Positions 45,077 to 54,588 of a stretch of 64,000 nt of DNA are shown piece after piece. The notes beneath the pieces are model-generated. The model was not told the origin of the DNA, searched no databases, and was given only the letters and a program-made list of their open reading frames with translations. Positions within the stretch are counted from its first letter, which is position 1. The number at the start of each line of letters is the position of its first letter. This stretch comes from a virus. A program made the position numbers and the translations under genes. Location: IMG/VR virus record IMGVR_UViG_3300025728_000008, positions 32,001-96,000 of that record; one strand, given 5' to 3'.

Positions 45077-45099
45077 AACAGCAAAAATGATTAACGGTT

Positions 45100-45746
45100 A
45101 TGGTGAAGGGAATGTTATCAATGAAGATTCAGCTACCCAATGGAAAACAAAAAACTTTGGATGACAATATCCCGTTAGAAGAAAAAAAGAAAGTTGTACA
45201 GGAACTCACAGATAAGTGGGAAGCAATAGTTAGGTTAAATTGGCACAGCAAGTCAGTAAAGTATTTTTTAGATTCTTTAGCCAATTATCTTGTCTGGCAC
45301 AAAGAAGAAGATGAGAAACAATCAGAAGATAAAGAAGTTATGTCTAGGAATAAGACTAACAGATTACATCGAGGTAGAAAAGACATTCCGTTTTCATGTT
45401 TGAATGATAAAGATTCAGAATTATTATTTGGTGAGAGAGGTGGAGAGTAATGAGCAAGAAACTAACAAGATTAGAAAAAAGTACAGCTATTCTCAAACAC
45501 TCGAAATCCTCACAGTGGCGATACGTTAATACAGAAAATGAATTTACATACATGAATTTGAAATTTGTTATTAGTGAAAATGTTGAAGAATATAAAGTTT
45601 ACAATAAAGCAGGAACAATAAAAGATTATACGAATGAAGCGTATATGGAACAAATCTTGGTCGTGGTTGACCAAGAAGGATTGTTAAAATTCTATAATCA
45701 AAATTACGAATACATTGAACCTCAAAATATTAGAATATTAGTTTAA
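45100..45746 (+). other. Two hypothetical genes (45100-45450, 45450-45746)
   Basis: Translationally coupled ORFs. Confidence 0.7.
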
Positions 45747-45760
45747 AGGAGTGAAGTTGA

Positions 45761-46057
45761 TTGAACTTATCAGACCTAATTCATGAAGTCTGGAAAGACG
45801 AACGTGTAAGAAAACTTAAAATCAGAAAAAGTGAAGTAAGAGTAATTGTCAAAGTGGCAGTTGAACATATGGTAAACGGATTAATTAACAATGGAAAGCT
45901 AATGCTTACCAACTTATTTACTCTAGATATTCGAAAAATAAAGGGACGTAAAATTATGAATCTGCAAACAGGCAAGCACATGCATAGTAAAGATTATTAC
46001 AAGGTTGGGTTAGAGCCATCCAAAAAACTAAAAAACGAATTAAAAAAACTAAAATAA
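45761..46057 (+). CDS. HU/IHF-like DNA-binding protein
   Basis: MN.SDLI..V, L.L.NLFTL.IR....R...N.QTG arm, PSKKLK. Confidence 0.8.
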   Translation: MNLSDLIHEVWKDERVRKLKIRKSEVRVIVKVAVEHMVNGLINNGKLMLTNLFTLDIRKIKGRKIMNLQTGKHMHSKDYYKVGLEPSKKLKNELKKLK

Positions 46058-46074
46058 TCTAGGGAGAGATTAAT

Positions 46075-47304
46075 ATGAAATTTATCGTTGATACAAATGC
46101 ATTACTTAAAAATCCAGAAGTTGTTTTTGAATTTGATTGTGTGATTCCAAGTCACGTACTTAGAGAAGTAGAACAACTTGAACTGAAACGTAAAAGTGAT
46201 AGAACTTTACAATTTGAGATTCGTAGACTAAAACGATTCCTTGATGAGAATGAAGACAATCCGCATGTATACATTGATTTAAAAGATTACAAGTTTACAT
46301 TAGAAGAAGGTGGACTTGATGACCAATATGTAGATAATATCCTATTACAAGTTGCTGTGGATAACGGATACGGAATGATTACAAATGACCGTCTGTTAAA
46401 AGAGAAATGTAAGTTATACAAGATTCCTGTGCAAAAAATGGATGTAAGTAATTTCGTTGACAATAAAGGATTCCAAGAAGTTGAATTAGCAGAACCATTA
46501 CATAACAGACTTATGGAAAACCCAGAAATCAACCACTTTGATTTAATGGTAAATGAATACGCTATCGTAAATAATGTTAAAGACGGAGAGTTAATTGACA
46601 TTGTAAAATGGACAGGTGAAGTTACAAAGTCTTTACGTGATGCACAAGGAAAGCTAGGAGCTAAGTTTAAAACAAATCAATTCCATTACTTCCAACCACG
46701 TGATGAGCAACAAATCATGGCAATTGATTCAATTAGAGAAAACCAATTAACAATCTTACGTGGTCGTGCAGGAAGTGGTAAATCATTAATTACACTTAAC
46801 ACTGCTTGGAGAATGGTTGAAGAAGAAGGATACAAGCTTGTAATGTTTGTTAACCCAACACCATTACGTGAAGCACAAGAGCTTGGATTCTACAAAGGAG
46901 ACCGAATGGAAAAATTAATGCAGTCAGCAGTTGGGACAATGCTTAAATCTAAATTCGGTGACGAAATGGCTATTGAACAACAAATTCTAGAAAACAAATT
47001 AGACATTCTACCATTCGTAGATTTACGTGGATGGGATTCTGGAGACAGTAAAACGATTGTTTGGATTTTAGAAGCACAGAACCTAACAGCAGATTTAATG
47101 AAGCTTGGATTACAACGTATCACAGAAAGTACTAAAGTAGTAGTAGATGGAGATTACTTTGCACAGGTAGATAAAGATTCATACGCTTCAAACAATGGTA
47201 TGAAACGTATGTCAGAAGTATTCCGTGGAATGGATTTATTCGGAGAAGTTGAATTACAACAAGTACACCGCAGTCGTGTCGCAGATATTGCAGAATTAAT
47301 GTAG
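46075..47304 (+). CDS. phoH: PIN-PhoH (PhoH2-like) protein
   Basis: N-terminal IVDTNAL PIN domain, GRAGSGKS, LGFYKG, LRGWD, EAQN. Confidence 0.9.
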   Translation: MKFIVDTNALLKNPEVVFEFDCVIPSHVLREVEQLELKRKSDRTLQFEIRRLKRFLDENEDNPHVYIDLKDYKFTLEEGGLDDQYVDNILLQVAVDNGYGMITNDRLLKEKCKLYKIPVQKMDVSNFVDNKGFQEVELAEPLHNRLMENPEINHFDLMVNEYAIVNNVKDGELIDIVKWTGEVTKSLRDAQGKLGAKFKTNQFHYFQPRDEQQIMAIDSIRENQLTILRGRAGSGKSLITLNTAWRMVEEEGYKLVMFVNPTPLREAQELGFYKGDRMEKLMQSAVGTMLKSKFGDEMAIEQQILENKLDILPFVDLRGWDSGDSKTIVWILEAQNLTADLMKLGLQRITESTKVVVDGDYFAQVDKDSYASNNGMKRMSEVFRGMDLFGEVELQQVHRSRVADIAELM

Positions 47305-47333
47305 AGTGAGCCTTATGGCTTACTCTTTTTTTT
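47303..47333 (+). terminator. Rho-independent terminator
   Basis: agagtgagcc/ggcttactct stem plus T run. Confidence 0.8.
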
Positions 47334-47435
47334 AGGTAAATAATCTAAGACATTATTTGACAGTACTAAAAAATAATGGTATAATTGAGTCGTGCAACCT
47401 TTTTGCACAAATTATATTTAAAGAGGTGAACTGAA

Positions 47436-47753
47436 ATGGCAAGAAATATAAAGCTTGGTGTTTCGAATGTGGAAGTAATAGGCGGTGACAATCTTGAAGG
47501 AAGATTAAAGAACGTAATGATATCTGGTGTTAGAATGCAGTTAGATGATATCAAGTGTAAAGAAGTCACTGTTATTGCTCGTAAAAGTAATACAGGCTCT
47601 ATTTATATCGGTGGTAAAGATGTTAGTGGAACTAATTTTGGAGTAGAACTGGAAGCAAATGAAAGTTTTACATTTATGATTAGCAACTCAAATCTGATAT
47701 ATATAGATGCATCTGTAAGTGGCGAGGGTGTATCATATGTCACGATTTTCTAG
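47436..47753 (+). CDS. Small beta-rich hypothetical protein
   Basis: RBS GAGGTG; overlaps next gene. Confidence 0.75.
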   Translation: MARNIKLGVSNVEVIGGDNLEGRLKNVMISGVRMQLDDIKCKEVTVIARKSNTGSIYIGGKDVSGTNFGVELEANESFTFMISNSNLIYIDASVSGEGVSYVTIF

Positions 47754-50325
47754 TAATAAGGGTGGTAGTGGTGGTGCTTCTAATCTAAGTGGGTTAAAAG
47801 ACATCATATTTAATCCATTACCAGTTGAAGGAGATGTATTGACTTATGATTCATCTATTTCAAAATGGAAAGCAAAACCACCTAGTAATTCAAATGGTGG
47901 AGTATACTTCTTAGACTTGTCACGTTGGTCTGTAAAGAACAATGGAACAAACGCAGTAGCAACTACTAAAGGTATAAATGATGCTCTTACATGGGCATCT
48001 GGACAAGGTTATATTGAAGTTATTTTACCTAGAGGAACTTATCTTATTGATAAGGATAGTGCGATTGAACCTAAGAGTTTTATGACGTTTAATCTTAACG
48101 GGTCAACATTAAGGAAAGAGACAAATGGATACGAAACATATTCTGTTATTTCATTTAAACGTAATCAAATTTTCTCAAGAGTAACTAATGGAATCATCAA
48201 AGGAGATAAAGACACTCATGATTACACAACAGTTACAGGAACACATGAAGGAGGATTTGGTATTTCTTTAGGAAGCTTTACTCCTATTGCTGATGGTGGA
48301 AATAACATCCGACACATTTGTATTGATAATTTAGATATTTCAGAATGTACAGGAGATGCAATTGTTACAGCTAGTTTATTTGGTCAAATATTCCCAACTC
48401 CTACCAACTTAGCAAACTCATGGGAACAAGGAGCTATCAGTACTGTAGATGGAACTTCTGTTGTAAGTACTTCAAAAATTCGCTCAACATTAAAAATAGA
48501 CATGGCACAACCCGAAATAGTTAAATATGGATACTTTGGATTATATGGTGATGGTTATGGAGGACTAGGTGCAGAAATTTTATGTGACTACTATGATGTA
48601 TTCTTTTATACTTCTGGTGATGTATTTATTTCGTCAGAGTCAAATATTCAGTTCTTTGAAGATATTGATGTTCCTGCAAACGCTAAATGGGCAAAAGTAA
48701 TGTTGCATCAAAGCAATGTCCCAACACCTTCAAAATGTACAATTAACGTAAGAACTGCTTCATTTGGTCAATATATTTACATTGAGAAATGTGACCTTCA
48801 TCATTGTAGAAGACAAGGAATAAGTGTTGGTGGAACAAAAAATCTTTATATTAGAGATAACAATATTCACCACATAAAAGGAACACTTCCAGAAAGTGGA
48901 ATAGATGTTGAGGATGGATACGACATCAACCAATATATCCATATTGAAAATAACAATTTCCATCACAATGACAAATACAACATAATTGTTGTAAATGGTA
49001 AAAACGTATATATTCAAGGAAATACATTATCTAAAACAATGAATATAGGTTATGTTGGATTAGCAGTTAATGGTGGGGCGGATAATGTTATTGTTACACA
49101 TAACACTATTAAACTAAACAAAGTTGTTCTGTCTGGAGAAACGATTTTTGCTAACAACTATGTATATGGAACACAAGTAAACTTGAGTCCTGTTTATGCT
49201 ACACGAAAAATAAAAGTTCTTAATAATATTTTCTACAACATCAAAATGGTAATGGATTCTCCATTTGCTTATGCAGTAGAAGTTGAAAGTTGCAAATTCC
49301 TTAATGATGCTGATAAACTTAATTCTTTAAGTAATACATTACGATTTACACTTGATATTAAACAAGAACCACAAACATTTATTGATTGTATATTTGAAGG
49401 ACAAGATGTAGATTATTTAAGCTATGTTGCTTCAAATGCTACATTTAAACAAGGTTGGGTATTCCAAAATTGTAGATTCAAAAATACAAAAAATCCTAAT
49501 TTCATTGCAGGTAAATATTTAAATTGTGAATTTACTGATTTGACATCTCCAATTAACTTATCTAGAAACAACGATGGAACAAACAGCTTAGAATTAAGAG
49601 GTTGTAAATTTAATTCAACTGACAACAATAACGCAATGTTTACACTTGGAACTATACGTTCATTCGTAATGAAGGATTGTGTAATTGAGAAAACTAGTGG
49701 TTATGTATTTACAATACAAGCTATCTCTAATGAAGTCATTATCAATGACAACATAATTAAAATTACAAATGATGTTCTTCCAAGAGCAGTCATGACTTTT
49801 GAATCTTCATTCACAGGAAACTATATTAGTGTTGATAACAATTTCATCTTAGCAACAAACAGCACTCAAGTAGCTGTAGATAATAAAACAACAAATAATC
49901 CAGTATTTGTAATTAGAAATAACAACTTAAAGAAAACTACAGTCACAAGAAATGGTAAAGAGGTTGTAATTGGAAACATTATTGATGGAGTAATAGACCC
50001 TTATTTCAAATCAGCAAGCGCTCCAACATCATTATATTGGAAAGCAGGTCAAATCATTCAAAATACTTCATTAACATCTGGAGGATATATTGGATGGGTT
50101 TGTACAACAGATGGAACAGCAAACAATCAAGCATGGGTAGCGACTACACCTTACACAGTAAATACTGTAGTTAACGTAAATGGTAAAGTATACAAATGTA
50201 CGGTTGCAGGTACGAGTAGTTCAATTGCTCCAAGTCATACAACTGGAACTGCTTCTGATGGAACTGTAACATGGCAATATGTTGATGTATTAGCTGTGTT
50301 TAAAGCCTATGGATTAATTCAATAA
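47737..50325 (+). CDS. Right-handed parallel beta-helix (pectate-lyase-like) protein with C-terminal carbohydrate-binding module
   Basis: INDAL...VILPRGTYLI, repeated N/C-ladder turns, RRQGISV, GIDVE; C-terminal AW...Y..N.VV..NGKVYKC..AGTS (CBM5/12-like). Confidence 0.8.
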   Translation: MSRFSSNKGGSGGASNLSGLKDIIFNPLPVEGDVLTYDSSISKWKAKPPSNSNGGVYFLDLSRWSVKNNGTNAVATTKGINDALTWASGQGYIEVILPRGTYLIDKDSAIEPKSFMTFNLNGSTLRKETNGYETYSVISFKRNQIFSRVTNGIIKGDKDTHDYTTVTGTHEGGFGISLGSFTPIADGGNNIRHICIDNLDISECTGDAIVTASLFGQIFPTPTNLANSWEQGAISTVDGTSVVSTSKIRSTLKIDMAQPEIVKYGYFGLYGDGYGGLGAEILCDYYDVFFYTSGDVFISSESNIQFFEDIDVPANAKWAKVMLHQSNVPTPSKCTINVRTASFGQYIYIEKCDLHHCRRQGISVGGTKNLYIRDNNIHHIKGTLPESGIDVEDGYDINQYIHIENNNFHHNDKYNIIVVNGKNVYIQGNTLSKTMNIGYVGLAVNGGADNVIVTHNTIKLNKVVLSGETIFANNYVYGTQVNLSPVYATRKIKVLNNIFYNIKMVMDSPFAYAVEVESCKFLNDADKLNSLSNTLRFTLDIKQEPQTFIDCIFEGQDVDYLSYVASNATFKQGWVFQNCRFKNTKNPNFIAGKYLNCEFTDLTSPINLSRNNDGTNSLELRGCKFNSTDNNNAMFTLGTIRSFVMKDCVIEKTSGYVFTIQAISNEVIINDNIIKITNDVLPRAVMTFESSFTGNYISVDNNFILATNSTQVAVDNKTTNNPVFVIRNNNLKKTTVTRNGKEVVIGNIIDGVIDPYFKSASAPTSLYWKAGQIIQNTSLTSGGYIGWVCTTDGTANNQAWVATTPYTVNTVVNVNGKVYKCTVAGTSSSIAPSHTTGTASDGTVTWQYVDVLAVFKAYGLIQ

Positions 50326-50353
50326 AAAATTTCAAATAATGTAACATATTTAT

Positions 50354-50526
50354 TTGACAAACATAAAAGATAATGATATACTATGAATATAGTAAGGACA
50401 CCACCTTACACAGTGTACAAATTTTAGTTCGGGATATTGCTACCAACTTTATCCCGAAACATTTTTTAAAAAGTTTTAAATAATCTAAGATATCTAGTTG
50501 ACAAGCATAAAATATTATGATATAAT
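50354..50526 (+). promoter_or_regulatory. Tandem sigmaA promoters upstream of tRNA cluster
   Basis: TTGACA 50354/TATACT 50377 and TTGACA 50498/TATAAT 50521. Confidence 0.8.
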
Positions 50527-50557
50527 GAGATTATCAAGTTACGTAATTAACTTTTAT

Positions 50558-50632
50558 TGGGAAGTAGCGTAGTGGTAGCGCAACAGGCTGTTAACCTGTA
50601 GGTCGTGGGTTCGAATCCCACCTTCTCAGCCA
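50558..50632 (+). tRNA. tRNA-Asn(GTT)
   Basis: Cloverleaf, acagg-CTGTTAA-cctgt, TTCGAAT T-loop, CCA encoded. Confidence 0.92.
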
Positions 50633-50635
50633 TAC

Positions 50636-50708
50636 GGTTTGGTAGCTCAGTTGGTAGAGCAGATGACTGAACATCATCGTGTCGGTGGTTCGATTCCATC
50701 CCAAACCA
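50636..50708 (+). tRNA. tRNA-Phe(GAA)
   Basis: Cloverleaf, gatga-CTGAACA-tcatc; CCA not encoded. Confidence 0.85.
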
Positions 50709-50714
50709 TAATAT

Positions 50715-50791
50715 TTCGGAGTAGACAAACTGGTAAAGTCGCTTGGCTTTGACCCAAGAGCGTGAAGGTTCGACTCCTTCCTCCGAAGCCA
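50715..50791 (+). tRNA. tRNA-Gln(TTG)
   Basis: Cloverleaf, cttgg-CTTTGAC-ccaag, CCA encoded. Confidence 0.9.
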
Positions 50792-50794
50792 TAT

Positions 50795-50868
50795 GGGAGT
50801 ATAGTTTAGTGGTAAAACAACGGTCTCCAAAACCGTAGTCAGAGGTTCGATTCCTTTTGCTCCTGCCA
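50795..50868 (+). tRNA. tRNA-Trp(CCA)
   Basis: Cloverleaf, acggt-CTCCAAA-accgt, CCA encoded. Confidence 0.92.
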
Positions 50869-50885
50869 TATAAAATTAATATCAC

Positions 50886-50958
50886 GTGGGTATGGGGCAG
50901 TTGGTAGCCTACTGGCTTTGGAAGCTAGATGTCGCAGGTTCGAGTCCTGCTACCCGCA
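50886..50958 (+). tRNA. tRNA-Pro(TGG)
   Basis: Cloverleaf, ctggc-TTTGGAA-gctag; CCA not encoded. Confidence 0.85.
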
Positions 50959-50964
50959 TTTCAT

Positions 50965-51038
50965 GTCTCATTGGTCTAGCTTGGTTAAGATTTCTGGCTT
51001 CCACCCAGACGACATCGGTTCGAATCCGATATGGGACT
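50965..51038 (+). tRNA. tRNA-Gly(TCC)
   Basis: Cloverleaf, tctgg-CTTCCAC-ccaga; CCA not encoded. Confidence 0.82.
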
Positions 51039-51074
51039 TAGATTTAAAATAACAAAACCAAAGGGGATGTTTTC

Positions 51075-51659
51075 ATGGAAAAACGCACATTAACAATTAA
51101 AAGAGGTTTAACACGTTTAAATACAATCGAGTCTCAATTATCTGATGTAGTAGCTAAGATTCAAAAGTATGGTGCAATTTCTTCTAAAGAGAAAGTTGAT
51201 TTAGTAGATACAAAAGTTGCTCGTGACAAGAATCATGAATTGGCTCGTGGAGAGATTTCATCATTGTACCAAAAGCATCAAGACTTGTTAGCTGAATATA
51301 GTAAGATTAAATCAGCAATTAATAAGTCCAACCTAGTAACAAATGTTGAAATTGCAGGAAAGGTAATGACACTTGCCGAAGCATTGTTGATTGAAAAAGA
51401 TACACGTTTCAAAATTCAACAATTAACACAAGCATATACTTTCTCAGTATCTCGTGCAGAAGGTCGAGTTGAAACTTACAACGCTAGATTAAATAAAGAA
51501 AACTTGACAAGTGATGAGTTAGAGACAGCTATGGCACAAGTAGAATATTTAGTTGATTCTGCTGAAATTAAAAAACACCAAGAGTTTTTAAGTGAGTTTG
51601 TCGTAGAAATCAATGGTGTCATTGATGAGTCAAACATCGCAACAACGATTGAACTTTAA
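51075..51659 (+). CDS. Coiled-coil protein, DIP1984/DUF6847-like (tentative family)
   Basis: Pattern IK.AI.KSN..T.V.I.G..MTLAEAL, ending ID.SN..T.IEL; helical. Confidence 0.6.
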   Translation: MEKRTLTIKRGLTRLNTIESQLSDVVAKIQKYGAISSKEKVDLVDTKVARDKNHELARGEISSLYQKHQDLLAEYSKIKSAINKSNLVTNVEIAGKVMTLAEALLIEKDTRFKIQQLTQAYTFSVSRAEGRVETYNARLNKENLTSDELETAMAQVEYLVDSAEIKKHQEFLSEFVVEINGVIDESNIATTIEL

Positions 51660-51680
51660 GTAACAACTGATTTTTAGATG

Positions 51681-51962
51681 TATTGCTTGCATAACGATGT
51701 AAATCGACAAAAACAATCAACCCTTAAACTACATAATTTGTAGAAATATGAGAACAAACTACTTAGGATAAAGTGGTCTGTATTATACAGCGATGAATAG
51801 CATTCAGCATATTAGGGTTTAGTGTTTAGCATATTAACTTGATTAGCGGTTTAGGATTTAGTTTCATAGTATTTTTCCAAACCCTAGAATAAAACTTTTC
51901 ACAATAGTGATTGGTGATGATTTCCAAGTCGATTTGATATCTAGGCTGTTATGTAAGCAATA
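51681..51962 (+). ncRNA. Candidate structured ncRNA with internal YAG repeats
   Basis: 15-bp closing stem 51681-51695/51948-51962, second stem 51701-51708/51928-51935, eleven YAG-like units at 7-10 nt spacing; no ORF. Confidence 0.6.
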
Positions 51963-52011
51963 TTATTATTTATAATATTATCTAAGAATCTATATATAGA
52001 GAAGAAAAAAT

Positions 52012-52263
52012 TTGAGAATACAAGGGGATAGAGATATGAAGAATCGTAGAGAGCGTAGAGAAGAAGCACGTAAAAATAAAACAAAGTTTGAACCACAATA
52101 CAAATCAGCATTAAGACGTATTCCTGCACATGTGAAACAAAACGAAGATGGTACATATACAACTGTAGAAGCACAAGAAGTATTTGTCGGTGGCGAACCT
52201 CGCTCCTACAAAGAAGTATTTGAATCTAATTCAGATACAGAAGCAACAGCAACAACTGAATAA
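52012..52263 (+). CDS. Hypothetical protein (likely start MKNRR at 52036)
   Basis: RBS AAGGGG. Confidence 0.65.
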   Translation: MRIQGDRDMKNRRERREEARKNKTKFEPQYKSALRRIPAHVKQNEDGTYTTVEAQEVFVGGEPRSYKEVFESNSDTEATATTE

Positions 52264-52368
52264 TTTCTTGCATAATGCAAGTGGTCGGGAAGAGAAATAG
52301 AAAAGTCAAGAGCCTTGTGTTCTTGGCTTATTCTAGTATAAATAAATAAGAATAAAGGGGTAATTAGA

Positions 52369-52590
52369 ATGGCAAAGCGTACAAATTCATTTTCTGTTAA
52401 AGGTGAGCTTAATATGGCAGAAGGTGTAGTTTATGAAACTAAAAAGGATACAGTAGAAACTATTCCATTTTTTGAACACTTAAAATCATTTGATGGCAAA
52501 GTTGTTAAGATTTCTATTGTAGAAGATATTGAGATTTATGGTGTAGATGAAGATGACGATTATGAAGAAGAAGTTGAGGACGAAGAATAA
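52369..52590 (+). CDS. yonK: YonK-like protein
   Basis: SVKG.L.M....V.E.KK......F...L..FDGK.V.ISI resembles SPbeta YonK; syntenic position. Confidence 0.7.
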   Translation: MAKRTNSFSVKGELNMAEGVVYETKKDTVETIPFFEHLKSFDGKVVKISIVEDIEIYGVDEDDDYEEEVEDEE

Positions 52591-52609
52591 GAATTGGAGT
52601 GATTGAGAT

Positions 52610-53851
52610 ATGCGGTCATATACGAATAAACAAGGTGACAAAATTTCTGTAACAGAAGACCATTTGAATACAGCAGTACAGATTAAATTAGAATTACAAA
52701 AGGCTTCCCCTTCTGGATTATGTCAATGGGCGGTCTTAGTAAAAATGATGGAAGAAGAAGGTTATTTTGATGCAGACAATAATGAATCCTATCGTTGTCT
52801 TATAAAAGCATATCAAGATAAAATCGGCAAACTTCCAACTCGTGAAAAGCGTGAAAACTTTGTATCTGATAAGTTACTTACTTCTATTAAAAACAAAGTT
52901 GGAGAAATCTACATTGCAAAACGTGCCAATCAAGGTGTGTTAAAAGAATTAAATAAAGTAAAACGAGATGTAACAGATTCTATTTTAGTTGCAGAAGAAA
53001 TTCGTGAAGTATTAGAAAATTATGATTTTACAGAATTACAATTTAAAGCAGAAGAACTTAAAATTAATAACAAAGCTAAAATGATTGTTAGTTTGTCAGA
53101 TTTACATATTGGGGCATTAGTGGATAATAAGGTGAATAAATACAATTTTGAAATTGCTAAAAACCGTTTATCAAAATATTTAAACAGATTAATTGCAGAA
53201 ATTAAGATTAATGGAATCACAGATGTATATGTAATGAATACAGGAGATACAATTGAACATTCCTCTATGAGATTTGGTCAAGGAGCAGGAATTGAATTTA
53301 CATATTCAGAACAGATTGTAAGAGCATCTGATATCATTCAGAAGTTTCTAATGGCTCTCTCAGAGCATGTAAATGTAACATATGCAGGTATAGCTGGCAA
53401 TCATGACCGTGTGGATGGAGACAAAAATAAAAGTCTTGATGGAGACCATGCAGTAAAGGCTATAAACTATACAATTGAGCAATTCATTATTAATACGAAG
53501 AATACAAGAATTAAATACGAACAAGCAGAAGATTACAAGCATACATTTACTTTTGGTGGAAAGAACGTATTAGCGTTACATGGAGATTTAGATAATCAGA
53601 ATGATGCAAAATTACTATCTACACATTCAGAGCTTGACGGAATTGAATATGACTTAGTATTAATGGGTCACACACATACAAGATTTGTGAAAGAAGTTTT
53701 CGACAACAAATTTATTTCAGTTAGTGCGAGTTTAAAAGGTGCAGATAATTTTTCAGTTAATAAGTTGAGAAAGGTTTCCTCACCGTCACAAAGCTATCAC
53801 ATTATTCATGAAGATGGCGAAATTGAAGTGCGATGGGTAACTTTTAAATGA
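52610..53851 (+). CDS. Calcineurin-like metallophosphoesterase (SPbeta YonJ-like)
   Basis: SDLHIG, GDTIE, GNHDR, LHGD, GHTH. Confidence 0.88.
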   Translation: MRSYTNKQGDKISVTEDHLNTAVQIKLELQKASPSGLCQWAVLVKMMEEEGYFDADNNESYRCLIKAYQDKIGKLPTREKRENFVSDKLLTSIKNKVGEIYIAKRANQGVLKELNKVKRDVTDSILVAEEIREVLENYDFTELQFKAEELKINNKAKMIVSLSDLHIGALVDNKVNKYNFEIAKNRLSKYLNRLIAEIKINGITDVYVMNTGDTIEHSSMRFGQGAGIEFTYSEQIVRASDIIQKFLMALSEHVNVTYAGIAGNHDRVDGDKNKSLDGDHAVKAINYTIEQFIINTKNTRIKYEQAEDYKHTFTFGGKNVLALHGDLDNQNDAKLLSTHSELDGIEYDLVLMGHTHTRFVKEVFDNKFISVSASLKGADNFSVNKLRKVSSPSQSYHIIHEDGEIEVRWVTFK

Positions 53852-53875
53852 AAAACATTTTAATAAGAAAGAAGA

Positions 53876-54433
53876 TTGATGATGATGATGAATGAAGAAA
53901 GATTGGAATTGTTGGAGTATTTAAAAACTTTATCGGAATTGAATAAGAATGGATTCAAGTGTGGCAAAGAAATTACAGATGTATTAACAAGCCTACATAA
54001 GAATGGATACAATTTTGACAATGAAGAAACAGAAAGATTAAAAAGATTTGAAGAAATTGAAAAGAAATTAAAATTGGAAATTGCTTTTTCTGGAGATAAG
54101 CAGAAGCCAATGTATGGAAAATTAATTCGAGTATCAGAAAAAGAAAGAGGGTTAGGAAAGACTACATTATTGATTAATGCATCTTTAAAATATGATATCC
54201 CAATAGTTGTTGGTACAAAACACTTAATAGATGTTGTGAAGAAAAAAGCAAAAGCAATGTATGGTGAAAAAACAGAAGTCTCAGTATTATTAGCTAGTGA
54301 AGACCAGTTAGCAGGACGTAGGTTGCCTAATGGTGTTTTAATAGATTGTCAAATTGGTTTATTCGATTATATGACAGTTAAGAAGTGGTGTTTAATCCGT
54401 GGTGGATTCTATCATGACAGAGAATTTATTTAA
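53876..54433 (+). CDS. Hypothetical protein with Walker A-like motif
   Basis: RGLGKTT followed later by VLID. Confidence 0.6.
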   Translation: MMMMMNEERLELLEYLKTLSELNKNGFKCGKEITDVLTSLHKNGYNFDNEETERLKRFEEIEKKLKLEIAFSGDKQKPMYGKLIRVSEKERGLGKTTLLINASLKYDIPIVVGTKHLIDVVKKKAKAMYGEKTEVSVLLASEDQLAGRRLPNGVLIDCQIGLFDYMTVKKWCLIRGGFYHDREFI

Positions 54434-54588
54434 GATAAAAGAGCGATTTTATCAAAATACATACAAAAGTGCTTTGTAAAGCACTAATATATGAAGGGTA
54501 TTTTAAAGTGTCTCAATCGCAACTCTCCCTGTGGTTGGGACATCTAATAAATATCCTTTTCATATTGTGTGTAAAAGGAGTGAAGTAA

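Noticed and set aside
50547-50885. Minus-strand ORFs over the tRNA cluster
   Set aside because: Antisense shadows of tRNA genes
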